Shown piece after piece: positions 39,205-49,986 of a stretch of 64,000 bases of DNA (positions are counted from its first letter, which is position 1; every line of letters begins with the position of its first letter). This DNA is from an uncultured Bacilli bacterium (GTDB taxonomy: Bacteria > Bacillota_I > Bacilli_A > RF39 > UBA660): assembly GCA_934086775.1 (NCBI GenBank), contig CAKOIJ010000001.1, positions 4,141 to 68,140 on the forward strand, read 5' to 3'. A program made the translations under genes and the position numbers. The notes below the pieces were generated by a model. It did not search any database. It was not told where the DNA came from and worked only from the letters and a program-made list of their open reading frames with translations.

Positions 39205-41802
39205 TTATTTAGCATCGTACCAGTTATCTCCTACTTCTATTTCTACTTTTAATGGTACTAATATTTTATATGTATTTTCCATAATTTGTTTAACTAAAGT
39301 TTTCATTTCTTCTAATTCACTAAATGGTACACTAAACACGAGTTCATCATGAACTTGTACTAACATCTTACTATTTAAATTCCTCTTAGTAATTTCTTTA
39401 TCTATTTCTATCATTGCTTTCTTTATAATATCAGCACCTGTTCCTTGAATACCAGTATTTAAGGCAATTCTTTCTCCACTTTTTCTAATAATATAATTAG
39501 TATTAGAAAGTTCTTCTATTACTCTTTTTCTTCCAAATAAAGTTTTAACATATCCTTTGTCTTTGGCATCCTTAATTATATAATCCATATATTCTTTTAC
39601 TTTAGGATACATTGCTAGATACTTACTAATTAATTCTTTTGCTTCACTTGCTTTAACACTTAAGTTTTCTGATAATCCATACCCACTTATACCATAAACA
39701 ATACCAAATATAACAGCTTTAGCATTTCTTCTTTGTTCCTTTGTAACCTCACTAATATCTACTCCATAAATATCACTTGCAACCTTGGTATGTATATCTT
39801 CATGACTTAAAAAAGCGTTAATTAGATTTTCATCTTTACTTATATGTGCGAGTAATCTGAGTTCTATTTGAGAATAATCACTACTTAAAAGAACATTATT
39901 TTCTTCAGGAAAGAAGGCTTTTCTAATTCTTTTGCCTTCCTCACTTCTAATAGGAATATTCTGTAAATTAGGTTCTACAGAGGAAAGTCTACCAGTTCTA
40001 GCAACAGCCTGTTTAAATATAGTATGAATTTTGCCATCTTCCATTACAAACTTTTTTAAACTTTCCATATAAGTATTTATTAATTTAGATAAATTTCTAT
40101 ATTCAAGTATTAACTCAATAATAGGATTTAAATCATAATATTTCATTAATGTATCATGATCAGTTTTATAGTTTTCGTCTGTTTTTTTCTTTTTATAAGG
40201 AAGTCCTAACTTCTCAAATAAAATATATCCAGTTTGTTTAGAACTTAATATATTAAATTCTTCCCCAGCAATATTATATATTTCACTAACTACTTCATTA
40301 ATTCTTTTTTCTAAATTCTCTTTAATTTTATCTAATTCATTAGTATTAACTCTAAAACCATTTAATTCCATTTTAGCAAGAACATATGAAAGTGGTACTT
40401 CTATATCATTAAATAAATCTAACATACTTTCATTTTTTAACTCATTTAAATATCTATCTTTAGTATTATGGATAAACTTTACTTTACTAACTAAATTATT
40501 AATATATATATTTTCATCTATAGTAACTGTTTCATCTTTCATATAAGTATCATAAAAGATAATATTATAATTATTAGCGTTTGCTAAATATGCAATGTCA
40601 TCTTTAACATTATTATTAAGTAAATATCCAGCAAGTAAAGTATCAAATTTAAGATTATTTAATCTAATACCATACCTATTTAAAAAGCATATGCTTTTTT
40701 TAATATCATATGTATTTACTGCATACGAAAAAATATCTTTATTTAAAATAACTGCATTCTCATCTAAATAATAATAATTTTCTCCATCATATATAATTAA
40801 ACCAATAAATTTAGCAAGATGATAATTTTCCTTAGAAAGTTCTAAATAAAAACTAAATTCTTTATTAATATTTAATTTATCACTTACTTTGATAACTTCA
40901 TGTTTTTCTTCAAATAAGTTAGGCTCTCTATGGTTATCTTCCATCTCAAGTTTCTTGATCATACTATAAAATTCAAGCTCTTTATATATGTTCTTTAATT
41001 CTTCTTTTTTACATCCAATATATTTAATATCTTCAAAAGTCACATTTAGAGGAACATCTTTATAAATTGTAGCAATTTCTTTACTAAAGAAAGCATCATC
41101 TTTTCCTTCAATTAATTTATCTTTTACTTTACCCTTGACCTTATCAATATTGTCATATAGATTATCAATAGTCTTAAATTCGTGAAGTAAATTAAGTGCA
41201 GTTTTCTCCCCAATTCCTTTAACACCTGGTATATTATCTGATGGATCTCCCATTAAAGCTTTTAAATCTATCATTCTAATTGGTTCAAGCCCATAAGTAT
41301 CAAAAAATACTTTCTCATCCATTAGAATATAGTCTTTTTGTTTTAATAGTTTGACATTTACATCACTACTTATTAATTGTAGTAAATCTTTGTCACTACT
41401 TATGATAGTAGCATCATATTCTTTATCGATATCAGCCATTTTAGCAAATGTACCAATTATATCATCGGCTTCATAATTATCACAATTAACCCATTTAACA
41501 CCCATAGCATCCAACACTTCATATGCTTTAGGAAATTGTAATAATAAATCTTTTGGTGTTTCAATTCTACCTGCTTTATAGTTTTCATACTTTTCATGTC
41601 TAAAATTTTTCCCTTTATCAAATGCAACAACTATATACTCTGGTTTTTCTTCATTAATTATTTTATTCATCATATTAGTAAAGCCAAATAAAGCATTAGT
41701 AGGAAAACCTTTAGTATTTCTCATTAAACTTCCAGAATAAGCAGTTGCATAATAACTTCTAAACAATAAGTTGTTTCCATCTATTAATATTGCACGTTTC
41801 AT
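39205..41802 (-). CDS. polA: DNA polymerase I
   Basis: 865 aa. 5'-3' exonuclease N-terminus, palm motifs (…RRxAKxxNFGxxYG-like AKAVIFGIVYGIS, QVHDELVF). Confidence 0.95.
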   Translation of the reverse strand: MKRAILIDGNNLLFRSYYATAYSGSLMRNTKGFPTNALFGFTNMMNKIINEEKPEYIVVAFDKGKNFRHEKYENYKAGRIETPKDLLLQFPKAYEVLDAMGVKWVNCDNYEADDIIGTFAKMADIDKEYDATIISSDKDLLQLISSDVNVKLLKQKDYILMDEKVFFDTYGLEPIRMIDLKALMGDPSDNIPGVKGIGEKTALNLLHEFKTIDNLYDNIDKVKGKVKDKLIEGKDDAFFSKEIATIYKDVPLNVTFEDIKYIGCKKEELKNIYKELEFYSMIKKLEMEDNHREPNLFEEKHEVIKVSDKLNINKEFSFYLELSKENYHLAKFIGLIIYDGENYYYLDENAVILNKDIFSYAVNTYDIKKSICFLNRYGIRLNNLKFDTLLAGYLLNNNVKDDIAYLANANNYNIIFYDTYMKDETVTIDENIYINNLVSKVKFIHNTKDRYLNELKNESMLDLFNDIEVPLSYVLAKMELNGFRVNTNELDKIKENLEKRINEVVSEIYNIAGEEFNILSSKQTGYILFEKLGLPYKKKKTDENYKTDHDTLMKYYDLNPIIELILEYRNLSKLINTYMESLKKFVMEDGKIHTIFKQAVARTGRLSSVEPNLQNIPIRSEEGKRIRKAFFPEENNVLLSSDYSQIELRLLAHISKDENLINAFLSHEDIHTKVASDIYGVDISEVTKEQRRNAKAVIFGIVYGISGYGLSENLSVKASEAKELISKYLAMYPKVKEYMDYIIKDAKDKGYVKTLFGRKRVIEELSNTNYIIRKSGERIALNTGIQGTGADIIKKAMIEIDKEITKRNLNSKMLVQVHDELVFSVPFSELEEMKTLVKQIMENTYKILVPLKVEIEVGDNWYDAK

Positions 41803-41822
41803 TTACACCACATCCTACTTTA

Positions 41823-41851
41823 ATTATACAAAAAAGTAGTTGCTTTAGCAA
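41823..41851 (-). promoter_or_regulatory. Sigma-A promoter TTGCTA-17-TATAAT for polA
   Basis: Minus strand ttgctaaagcaactacttttttgtataat about 20 nt upstream of the polA RBS. Confidence 0.45.
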
Positions 41852-42002
41852 CCACCTAATTGATCTCTAAATTATAATGCAAGTTAATATTAATTTTTAA
41901 TATTTGAGTATACCATCTTTATAAAATCTTTTTCTTAATATTCAAATTTTATGACTTCTACTGTTACTTTTTTCAAGGTTTTACTGTTATAATTCTTAAA
42001 AA

Positions 42003-42029
42003 AATAAGAACACTTTTAATGTTCTTATT
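42003..42029 (-). terminator. Intrinsic terminator AATAAGAACA-cttttaa-TGTTCTTATT for the 1217-aa gene
   Basis: 10-bp stem overlapping the stop codon, flanked by A/T runs. Confidence 0.55.
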
Positions 42030-45000
42030 TAGCAACAAATCTAAGTACTTTTTCATTAGAAGGCATATTTGATGAATAAATACTTGACATCATGCTTTTT
42101 TGAGAAAAAGCTACTTCTCTCTTTTTAATATCAATTTCTCCGTTAGTATGTTCTTCTATTATATAGTAAACTGCATTCTTACTCATTGATATACTAGGTA
42201 CTGTATATATTTGAGTTTCATTTACTTTATCAAATGTTTCAAAATGAGTATGTCCTTCAAATATATAATCATAATCTGTAATTAATTTTCCTGATAATAA
42301 AGGATCTATTTTAGAACTTATAAAACCTTTTGATATAGGATTATCTAGTCCATATTTATTTAAAAATCTATCTAGATCTTCATTGTATTTAGGACTATTT
42401 GTATAAAGAAATTGTTTAAACCTTTCTTCCTCACTTTGTTCTTGATAAGTCCATGTACTATGATCTCTATAGTCCCATCTAATATCGTTTAAAAAATGCA
42501 CTAAAGATATTTTCTTATTACCAACATTTAATTCTAAAGAACTCTTTAGTTCTTTTAAATATGGAATAAAATCTTTAATTTGCTCATAAGTCCAGTCTAA
42601 GTTTTCTTGTCTACACTTATCTAAATAGCTAAATGGCTCATATCCAAGAGTATAGTAGTATTCACTATTACCACTTACACTTTTAACTTCGTATTCATTT
42701 AATAATTGAAGTACTTCTTTTGAATTTGGTCCAACTGTTATGTTATCCCCTAAACTATAAATTTCATTAATACCATTTAATTTCATATCAACTAAAGAAG
42801 CAAGAGTTGGTTCTAAAAGTCCGTGAGGATCTGTAAGAATGCCGATTCTTCTACCAGTTAAATTTTTATCTTTTTTATTAATCATAATAGAAAGTTTTTT
42901 TCGTAACTCTCTTAATTCACTAGTTTTAATAGTGGTACTTTCAATAATTTCTTTCTTAAATATTTCTTTTGGTTTTTCAATACATTTACTAGCTTCCTGA
43001 GTTATCACAAAAGATAAATTATACTTTCTAGTTATATCTAGTTCTTCTTCAGTAGGTTCTTTTCCTCCAACTAATATTAAAGCTTTTGGTATTAACCCTT
43101 CTCTATAAAATAAGGCTTCTGCATTGTTATCTTTAACTGCACTTGTGTCCATAATTCCTTTTTGATTTCTATGTATTATACCATTATTCATGTATGCATT
43201 TTTATTTAAATAACCATTAGTACCCATATTATCTAAACTACTACAAACAAAACTTCCATCTAAAATAGTGTCGTAAGCAAAAATATTTTTGTTATGACTA
43301 TAATAATACTTTTGGCCCATATAGCTAACAGGACTCATAGAAATATAATTTTTACTTCCGGAACTATTACCATAAATTACTTCCTCAAGAGTTTCTCTAC
43401 TACTTAACACATGAGCATATAAACAATAATTACTCTTACTAAAATCATATGTAGTAACACCATACTTATTGGTTAATTCATTATTTATTAAAGATTTAGC
43501 ATCAGAAATTTTAGTTAAGTTGTTTTGCGAGTCTAACTCATATATTCTTCTAATTTTTTCATGGATAGAATTTGAATTATTAAAAATTTCTTTAATAATA
43601 TTGTTTTCACTACTTAGTAGTTCTTTTAAAATATATTTTAAAACTTCTTCATCGTTTGAGAAATTAATTCTTATAGTAAGTAAACTAATAACTTCTTCTA
43701 TTAAATCAATTAGTTCTTTATTATTACTATTCTTAATCTCTAATAATTTTAATTCATCGGTATTGCCAATAGTTCTAAGAACTTCCATAAAGTTATCGTT
43801 GTCTACCATTAACTCTTTTAAAACAAAAGTAAGTTCTAAAATATTATTAGATTTATCTAGAACATTTCTATAGTAATCAAAAGCACTTATCTTTGCTTTT
43901 CTAAGTGAATTTAAACTAGTAACATCTCCATAATATCTTAATTTATTATTTATTAATAAATTAATACTATATCTATCTTCTAAAGTAAAACTGTCTATTT
44001 CTTTAAAAAGACTTTTATACTTAGTAAAATGATTAATACTTTCTATAAATATTCTAACTTTATCAGCATCATTATATTCACTATAATAATTAGTTTTAAT
44101 ATAGTTATAAGTTTTAATAAAATCTTCTTTTTCATAATCAATAATATTTATTAATTTACTAAACCATTTAGTTTCTTTTTCAGATCCAAGTCCATACTGA
44201 TAGATTAAATTAATATCAAAAATATCATTTAAATATACTTTAAATTTTTCATAATTATTTAATACCAAATTTGTATCATTATTTAATATTAAATTATAAA
44301 CAATCTCTTCATCTACTTCTTCCACATATAATAAATCTATAGCATATTTTACCATAAATGAAGTTCTTTTGTTAACTTTTACTTTTTCTACTACTTCAAG
44401 TAAATTTTCCTTACTAAGATTTTTAATCTTAGTATCAAATATATCTTTGTTTAAATCAATTACCTTTTTAGCATTCCTTTTAGATAGTTTATTAAAGGGA
44501 ATGTTTAAATTAGGGTTATAAGTAGTTAAATCTAAATTTTCTATAATACTTCTTAAATAATTTTCTTTAACTTCTAAAATAAGACCTATATAATTTTTAT
44601 CGTCATGAGCGTTAATAAAATTGATAGTCTTTTCATCTTGTAATTTGTTCCTAATAATTAATTTTACAAATTCAGGTTCTTTTTTATAATAGTAATAATT
44701 AGTTAGAAAATCAATTAAACTAGTATTTTTATAAATATTTATAATATCTTTTTCTCTAACTTTTAAAACAATTTTTCTATATTCATGAGTATAATAACTG
44801 TATTTAAAAATACTATCTATATCATCTAGAGATAAATCTTTAATACTATTTAAAAGAGTTTCATAATTATTATTTCTTATTAAATTAAATATATAATCAT
44901 CATTACTTTGATGTAAAACATAATTTATATCCTTTTTTTCTAATTCTTTAACTACTTCTTTAATAAAATCTAGAGCATATCTATTTAAATCATTTTTAAT

Positions 45001-45678
45001 AAATAAATCAATAGACTCATAGTTTTTAAGATAATCAATAATATTCTTTTTTGTTAAATATTTACTAATATCTTTTTCTTTAATATTTAAATACTTTAAA
45101 TGATCTAAATATAGTTCATAAGATGAGTTAATAATCCAAAGATCAAAGAGACTAGTTTTTCCGTAATATTTAATTGCTTTTATATAAAGATCACTATAAT
45201 TATCTTTAATATATTTACTGTATTCTTTATTGATTTCATTTTTATATATTCTATCAAAATAAAATTTAACTGTATCTAATCTTATAAATTTTTTAGTATA
45301 ATCATCAAATAAACTTTTAGGGCACAAATTTATAAGTTCATAATTTCTTGACATTGCTTTACTTGATAATTCTAATTTTACTTCATTACTAATATTATCT
45401 AAATTAACAAGTTTTTCATATATATTATCATTAATAAAGTGAAAATTCTTGACTAAAAAGAGTTTTACATTATTACCTAGGTTATTAGAAGAAATAATTT
45501 CTATAAACTTTTCATCAGTAAACCTTAAATATTGTTTTACATTTTCATATTTTTTTTCTTCTCTTTTAGATAATATTTTAATAATAATATCAGTTTCTCT
45601 ATTATCTAAAAGTAATTCAATCAATTCACTATTACCTTTTTTATTTAATTCTATATGTTTTTTTACACTTTCAAACAT
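42025..45678 (-). CDS. Large orphan protein (1217 aa). N-terminal roughly 850 aa is K/N/I/E/L-rich and helical-repeat-like; C-terminal roughly 300 aa is a calcineurin-like metallophosphoesterase domain
   Basis: MPP motifs in order: GILTDPHG (DxH), SLGDNITVG (GDxxxxG), VSGNSE (GNHE variant), ISLVHF, FEGHTHF (GHxH). No signal peptide. Own terminator. Confidence 0.6.
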   Translation of the reverse strand: MFESVKKHIELNKKGNSELIELLLDNRETDIIIKILSKREEKKYENVKQYLRFTDEKFIEIISSNNLGNNVKLFLVKNFHFINDNIYEKLVNLDNISNEVKLELSSKAMSRNYELINLCPKSLFDDYTKKFIRLDTVKFYFDRIYKNEINKEYSKYIKDNYSDLYIKAIKYYGKTSLFDLWIINSSYELYLDHLKYLNIKEKDISKYLTKKNIIDYLKNYESIDLFIKNDLNRYALDFIKEVVKELEKKDINYVLHQSNDDYIFNLIRNNNYETLLNSIKDLSLDDIDSIFKYSYYTHEYRKIVLKVREKDIINIYKNTSLIDFLTNYYYYKKEPEFVKLIIRNKLQDEKTINFINAHDDKNYIGLILEVKENYLRSIIENLDLTTYNPNLNIPFNKLSKRNAKKVIDLNKDIFDTKIKNLSKENLLEVVEKVKVNKRTSFMVKYAIDLLYVEEVDEEIVYNLILNNDTNLVLNNYEKFKVYLNDIFDINLIYQYGLGSEKETKWFSKLINIIDYEKEDFIKTYNYIKTNYYSEYNDADKVRIFIESINHFTKYKSLFKEIDSFTLEDRYSINLLINNKLRYYGDVTSLNSLRKAKISAFDYYRNVLDKSNNILELTFVLKELMVDNDNFMEVLRTIGNTDELKLLEIKNSNNKELIDLIEEVISLLTIRINFSNDEEVLKYILKELLSSENNIIKEIFNNSNSIHEKIRRIYELDSQNNLTKISDAKSLINNELTNKYGVTTYDFSKSNYCLYAHVLSSRETLEEVIYGNSSGSKNYISMSPVSYMGQKYYYSHNKNIFAYDTILDGSFVCSSLDNMGTNGYLNKNAYMNNGIIHRNQKGIMDTSAVKDNNAEALFYREGLIPKALILVGGKEPTEEELDITRKYNLSFVITQEASKCIEKPKEIFKKEIIESTTIKTSELRELRKKLSIMINKKDKNLTGRRIGILTDPHGLLEPTLASLVDMKLNGINEIYSLGDNITVGPNSKEVLQLLNEYEVKSVSGNSEYYYTLGYEPFSYLDKCRQENLDWTYEQIKDFIPYLKELKSSLELNVGNKKISLVHFLNDIRWDYRDHSTWTYQEQSEEERFKQFLYTNSPKYNEDLDRFLNKYGLDNPISKGFISSKIDPLLSGKLITDYDYIFEGHTHFETFDKVNETQIYTVPSISMSKNAVYYIIEEHTNGEIDIKKREVAFSQKSMMSSIYSSNMPSNEKVLRFVAK

Positions 45679-45744
45679 AATTAACCCCCATTAACTAATT
45701 ATAATTATACCATATAAAGTACATTTAATCAATAAAAAAGTGCA

Positions 45745-46914
45745 TTATTTAGCACCCATGTTTTTAATTTCTTCTCTGGTTTTTGTGACTTTATTTTCCA
45801 CTGCTACTCTCTCTACAATAAACATACATAGTATTAAATTAACTGTAAAAGAACCCCCATAACTTAAGAATGGGACAGGAACACCAGTAAGTGGTATAAC
45901 AGCAAGTATTCCTAAAAAGTTAACAATAATATGTAAGAACATATAAATACCTACTCCGTAACATATTATTGAATTTCTTAAATTTACACTTTGCTTAGCT
46001 ATTTTGAATATTCTATAAAGTATAAACATATAACCAAGTATAAAGAATATACTAAAAATTAAACCTAGTTCTTCTACCATTATTGGGAATATAAAATCTG
46101 TATGAGCTTCAGGTAAATATAAATACTTTTGACTCGAATTACCTAAGCCTTTTCCAAAAAGACCACCATTATTTATTGCAATAAATCCATTACAAACTTG
46201 GTAACCTGTATCTTCTGTATATCTTGTACATGGATTTTTATAGGTAAGTCGTCCCTTTTGCATTTCATTTAAAAGATCACTTCCAGTTATAATAAATATA
46301 ATTAGTAAAAAAGAAGCAACAATTCCTGCAATTTTTAAACCAGATGCTAATTTATTATTTCTAAATGGAACTGCTAAAAATATCAGAAAAGAAAGCCCAG
46401 CAATTATTAGGGCAGTTCCTAAGTCAGGTTGCATTGCAACTAATAAAAACACTATAATAGCGTAAACTAGTGGTATACATATCTCATATTTTAAGTCTTT
46501 TTTATCAATTATTTTACCATAATAAATAGCCATAAAAAGAATAATAATTGTCTTAGCAAATTCACTAGGTTGAATACTTGCAAAACCTAAATTTATCCAT
46601 GAACGAGCACTGTTGACAAGATTTCCACCTATTAAAAGAAATACAAGAAGTCCTAGTACTCCAGTAGCGCCTATAAATAAAAAATTACTATATCTTTTGA
46701 TAGGATATCTAAGTATGAAGAAAAAACCAATAAAATAACTAAAAAGTATAAATATAGTTTGTCTTTTGAAAAAGAAATACGGACTACTATCATACTTTAA
46801 AACAGCACTTACGCTTGAAGCTGAAAGTACCATAACTGCACCTATTACCGAATATAATATACACATTAAAAGTAAAGGTTTATCAATTTTACTAAAAATA
46901 CTAACTTTTTTCAT
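45745..46914 (-). CDS. FtsW/RodA/SpoVE family (SEDS) peptidoglycan polymerase (start at MKKVSIF…, SD agagga)
   Basis: 10 TM SEDS-like topology, 389 aa from the chosen start. Confidence 0.8.
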   Translation of the reverse strand: MKKVSIFSKIDKPLLLMCILYSVIGAVMVLSASSVSAVLKYDSSPYFFFKRQTIFILFSYFIGFFFILRYPIKRYSNFLFIGATGVLGLLVFLLIGGNLVNSARSWINLGFASIQPSEFAKTIIILFMAIYYGKIIDKKDLKYEICIPLVYAIIVFLLVAMQPDLGTALIIAGLSFLIFLAVPFRNNKLASGLKIAGIVASFLLIIFIITGSDLLNEMQKGRLTYKNPCTRYTEDTGYQVCNGFIAINNGGLFGKGLGNSSQKYLYLPEAHTDFIFPIMVEELGLIFSIFFILGYMFILYRIFKIAKQSVNLRNSIICYGVGIYMFLHIIVNFLGILAVIPLTGVPVPFLSYGGSFTVNLILCMFIVERVAVENKVTKTREEIKNMGAK

Positions 46915-47050
46915 ATATCCTCTAGAAATATAATACCATAAAAACAAATAAATTTAAATTCTTTTTTTAATTTTATTTAAAAAAGAACACAGTCGTGTCA
47001 ATTTTAATTATATTACATAAATTATTATAGATGAAAGAAGGAGGGTTTAT

Positions 47051-47224
47051 ATGTATTATTATGGTTATGGTTTAAATTATGGAAATAATTATAGTGGTTG
47101 CTGCCCTACATATGGAGGATATAACTATGGCAATAATTATGGATACGGTGCAGCTATTATATTAGTATTATTTATATTATTAGTAGTGGTTTTTGGAGCA
47201 GGCTTCTTAAACTACAATAATTAA
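47051..47224 (+). CDS. YjcZ-family-like small sporulation protein (57 aa, [53 protein letters not shown]…), not in ORF track
   Basis: SD aaggagg 6 nt upstream. Gly/Tyr-rich N-terminus plus ILVLFILL hydrophobic tail, as in the Bacillus YjcZ family. Followed by a terminator. Confidence 0.5.
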   Translation: MYYYGYGLNYGNNYSGCCPTYGGYNYGNNYGYGAAIILVLFILLVVVFGAGFLNYNN

Positions 47225-47250
47225 AAAAGGAAAATTAATTTCCTTTTTTT
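47225..47250 (+). terminator. Bidirectional terminator AAAAAGGAAA-ttaa-TTTCCTTTTTTT (also ends folA)
   Basis: Perfect hairpin with flanking A/T runs. Confidence 0.6.
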
Positions 47251-47711
47251 GTGTAACAAATTCTTTTATAAGAATAGTTTTCATCATTATACTTTCCCAT
47301 TAACAAAGTATTCCATTCATCTTTATTAAACTTTGGAAAGAAAGCATCAGCTTCTTTAGCACTGTCTATATGTGTTAAATACATAGTACTAGCATATTTT
47401 ATTAATTCTTTGTATATTTGTTCTCCTCCAATTACAAATACATTATCTTTAATATCACTATTTAAGAACTCTTCTATACTTCTAAATATTCTAACATTAT
47501 CTATATTACTCATAGAAGTACTTATAACTAAATGCTTTCTATTTGGTAGAAGTCCATTTAAACTATAAAAAGTGTTTTTACCCATTACAATATAATTATT
47601 AGAAGTAATTTCCTTAAAGAAGTTTAAATCTTCTTTAATTCTATATAATAACTTGTTATTTTTCCCAAGAGCATAATTATTATCTATACATGCGATTAAT
47701 ATTAAATTCAT
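47235..47711 (-). CDS. folA: Dihydrofolate reductase
   Basis: 158 aa, IACIDNNYALGKNNKLLYRIKEDLNFFK motif, coupled to thyA. Confidence 0.85.
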   Translation of the reverse strand: MNLILIACIDNNYALGKNNKLLYRIKEDLNFFKEITSNNYIVMGKNTFYSLNGLLPNRKHLVISTSMSNIDNVRIFRSIEEFLNSDIKDNVFVIGGEQIYKELIKYASTMYLTHIDSAKEADAFFPKFNKDEWNTLLMGKYNDENYSYKRICYTKKGN

Positions 47712-48794
47712 TTATTCACTTACAGGAATACTTAATCTTCCTAAATCTTTGTAATTAAGTACCTTAATATCCTTACATTCTTCATCATTATTAAATTTAT
47801 AAAAATCATTTACATCATTATTTAAATAAAGTTCTGGTTTAGGTGGATTTAATATATATTCTATTACATTCTTTTTAGTCATAACATCTCTAATAATAGA
47901 AGGTGTTATTCCTTTTTTAAGAAGACTTTTCTCTTCACTGCTTAAAGAATTATAAATTTTATTATATTCTAAAGTATATCTTGCAAGTTGTCCTTCTAAC
48001 CATTCAGAATTTTTATAACCTTCATAAATAGCAAGAGTTTTACCTCTTTCGATTTGTTCTTTAATTTGTTCAACTTGATTTACATATATATGAGCATCCT
48101 TTATACTCCAGCTTAATGAGCCAACTTTACAACCACTTACTCTTGCATACATATGCATTAAAGCTGCAAATTGAGTTACGTTAAATGGAAGCCCTAGTGG
48201 TACATCACAGCTCCTTTGATGAACATACATATTAAGTATACCATCAGTGATATCGACTTCATGACTCCATACACATGGTTTTAAAACTCCTTTATCTAAA
48301 TGATTATTGTACCATAAACTCATAACATTACTTCTATCTTCTTTATGATTTTTAATAATATCAAGCACCCTGTCTACTCCCTTATATTTATTTACTATAA
48401 AGCCATATGCTTCACCAATAGTACCTTTATACTCTTTCCCGAAGTATTTATGTATTTCTTGAACTGAAGTATTTCCGTCCTTATCCTTTACCTTTTGTTT
48501 AGCATTCCAGTATCCATCTTCATCGATTTTCCATTCATCCCAAATAGATACTTTTCTGTCTTGCAACCAATTAACATCATTACTTCCTACTTGATATATC
48601 CATAAAAGCTCAAGAAAAGCTTGTCTACTAAATAATTTTTTAGTAGTTAAAATTGGAAACTCGTCACTAATATCAAGAACAAAATTATAACTAGGAATTT
48701 TTATTGTATTATTAATTGTTCTATTTTCCACTTCTTTACCCTCTTCTAATATCTTTTTACAAAGTTTTAAGTATTCTACATCCCACTTTAACAC
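47712..48794 (-). CDS. thyA: Thymidylate synthase (ThyA) with internal/C-terminal insertions (360 aa)
   Basis: LTTKKLFSRQAFLELLWIYQ…, catalytic LKPC, QRSCDVPLGLPFN motifs. Confidence 0.85.
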   Translation of the reverse strand: MLKWDVEYLKLCKKILEEGKEVENRTINNTIKIPSYNFVLDISDEFPILTTKKLFSRQAFLELLWIYQVGSNDVNWLQDRKVSIWDEWKIDEDGYWNAKQKVKDKDGNTSVQEIHKYFGKEYKGTIGEAYGFIVNKYKGVDRVLDIIKNHKEDRSNVMSLWYNNHLDKGVLKPCVWSHEVDITDGILNMYVHQRSCDVPLGLPFNVTQFAALMHMYARVSGCKVGSLSWSIKDAHIYVNQVEQIKEQIERGKTLAIYEGYKNSEWLEGQLARYTLEYNKIYNSLSSEEKSLLKKGITPSIIRDVMTKKNVIEYILNPPKPELYLNNDVNDFYKFNNDEECKDIKVLNYKDLGRLSIPVSE

Positions 48795-48912
48795 TTTTAT
48801 TACCTCCTATTTAAGAATAGCACCTAATTTTAATAAAATCAATCTTAATTTGTAAATATTGATTTTTAGTGTTTTTTTTGGTACAATACATTATGAAAAA
48901 AAGAGGTGTATT

Positions 48913-49461
48913 ATGTTAAAAAATAATCAAATACTAGATGAAAAAGAAAAAATATTACATGAAATATCAAAGGAAGTAATTTTTCCACTAGAAGAGGAAG
49001 ATAAAAAACTTATTAAAGAAGCGTATGAATATTTAAGAAATAGTCAAGATGAAAAACTAGCTGAAAAGTATAATTTAAGACCAGGAATGGGACTAGCTTT
49101 TGTACAACTTGGAAAATTAAAAAGAATATTTATTATTTCATACAAAGAAGAAGATGATTCGTTTACTGAGTACACTGTAATAAATCCAAAGATAATTAGT
49201 TACTCAAATGAACTAGTTTATGTAGAAGAAGGCGAAGGATGTTTAAGCGTTAACAGAGAAGTAGAAGGAATAGTACCTAGACACGCTAGAATAACAGTGG
49301 GATATTATGATGAAGAAGGCAATTATAAAGAAGAAAGAGTAAGAGAAGAAATGGCAGTTGCATTTCAGCATGAAATGGATCATTTAGATGGAATTATGTT
49401 TACAGACAGAATTGATAAGAAAAATCCATTTAGAAATAAAGATAAAATGAGGAGTATTTAA
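48913..49461 (+). CDS. def: Peptide deformylase (start at MLKNNQ…, SD aagaggtg)
   Basis: Three PDF motifs: GMGLAFVQ, EGCLSV, QHEMDHLDG. Confidence 0.8.
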   Translation: MLKNNQILDEKEKILHEISKEVIFPLEEEDKKLIKEAYEYLRNSQDEKLAEKYNLRPGMGLAFVQLGKLKRIFIISYKEEDDSFTEYTVINPKIISYSNELVYVEEGEGCLSVNREVEGIVPRHARITVGYYDEEGNYKEERVREEMAVAFQHEMDHLDGIMFTDRIDKKNPFRNKDKMRSI

Positions 49462-49524
49462 TTCTTCTCTTTTCTTTTTAATAAAAATAATATATAATAT
49501 TTATAGAATAAAGGGTGATATATT

Positions 49525-49968
49525 ATGAATAACAAATTTAGAATAATATTTTGGAGTTTTATATTAGTACTAGTACTAGCATCTGCTATATTTGGAGTAA
49601 GTTATAATAAAATTATTTATGAGAATAAAAAAAGTATGTTAGAAGAAATAGTAACCACTTTTAATAATAGCGAAACTGTTTCTAAATATAAAGAATACAA
49701 TATTAATATGAAAGGTACTTTAGAAAACAAAACTATAGTAATTAAAGTAACTGGTACAAGTGATTATACTTATAATTTTAAATTTAAAAACACATATTTA
49801 GAACTAACTACTAACAAAGAAGACATATATAAAGAGAGCATAGCAAAAGAAATATTAAACTCTATTTATGTGTATAATGAAAACGATAGTAAGCCAGATT
49901 TAAATAATAAAGAAGTTACTATAACTAATACCAAAAATAATGTTACTTATAAAATATCATTAAAATAA
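49525..49968 (+). CDS. Hypothetical membrane-anchored/secreted protein (147 aa)
   Basis: N-terminal signal-anchor, intact ORF. Confidence 0.45.
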   Translation: MNNKFRIIFWSFILVLVLASAIFGVSYNKIIYENKKSMLEEIVTTFNNSETVSKYKEYNINMKGTLENKTIVIKVTGTSDYTYNFKFKNTYLELTTNKEDIYKESIAKEILNSIYVYNENDSKPDLNNKEVTITNTKNNVTYKISLK

Positions 49969-49986
49969 AAAATAACACACTAGGTG

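Noticed and set aside
42025-45678. Possible P-loop (YYGKTS) in the giant protein
   Set aside because: It lacks the Gly at -5 (GxxxxGKT) and any Walker B context. It is probably coincidental in a K/N-rich sequence.
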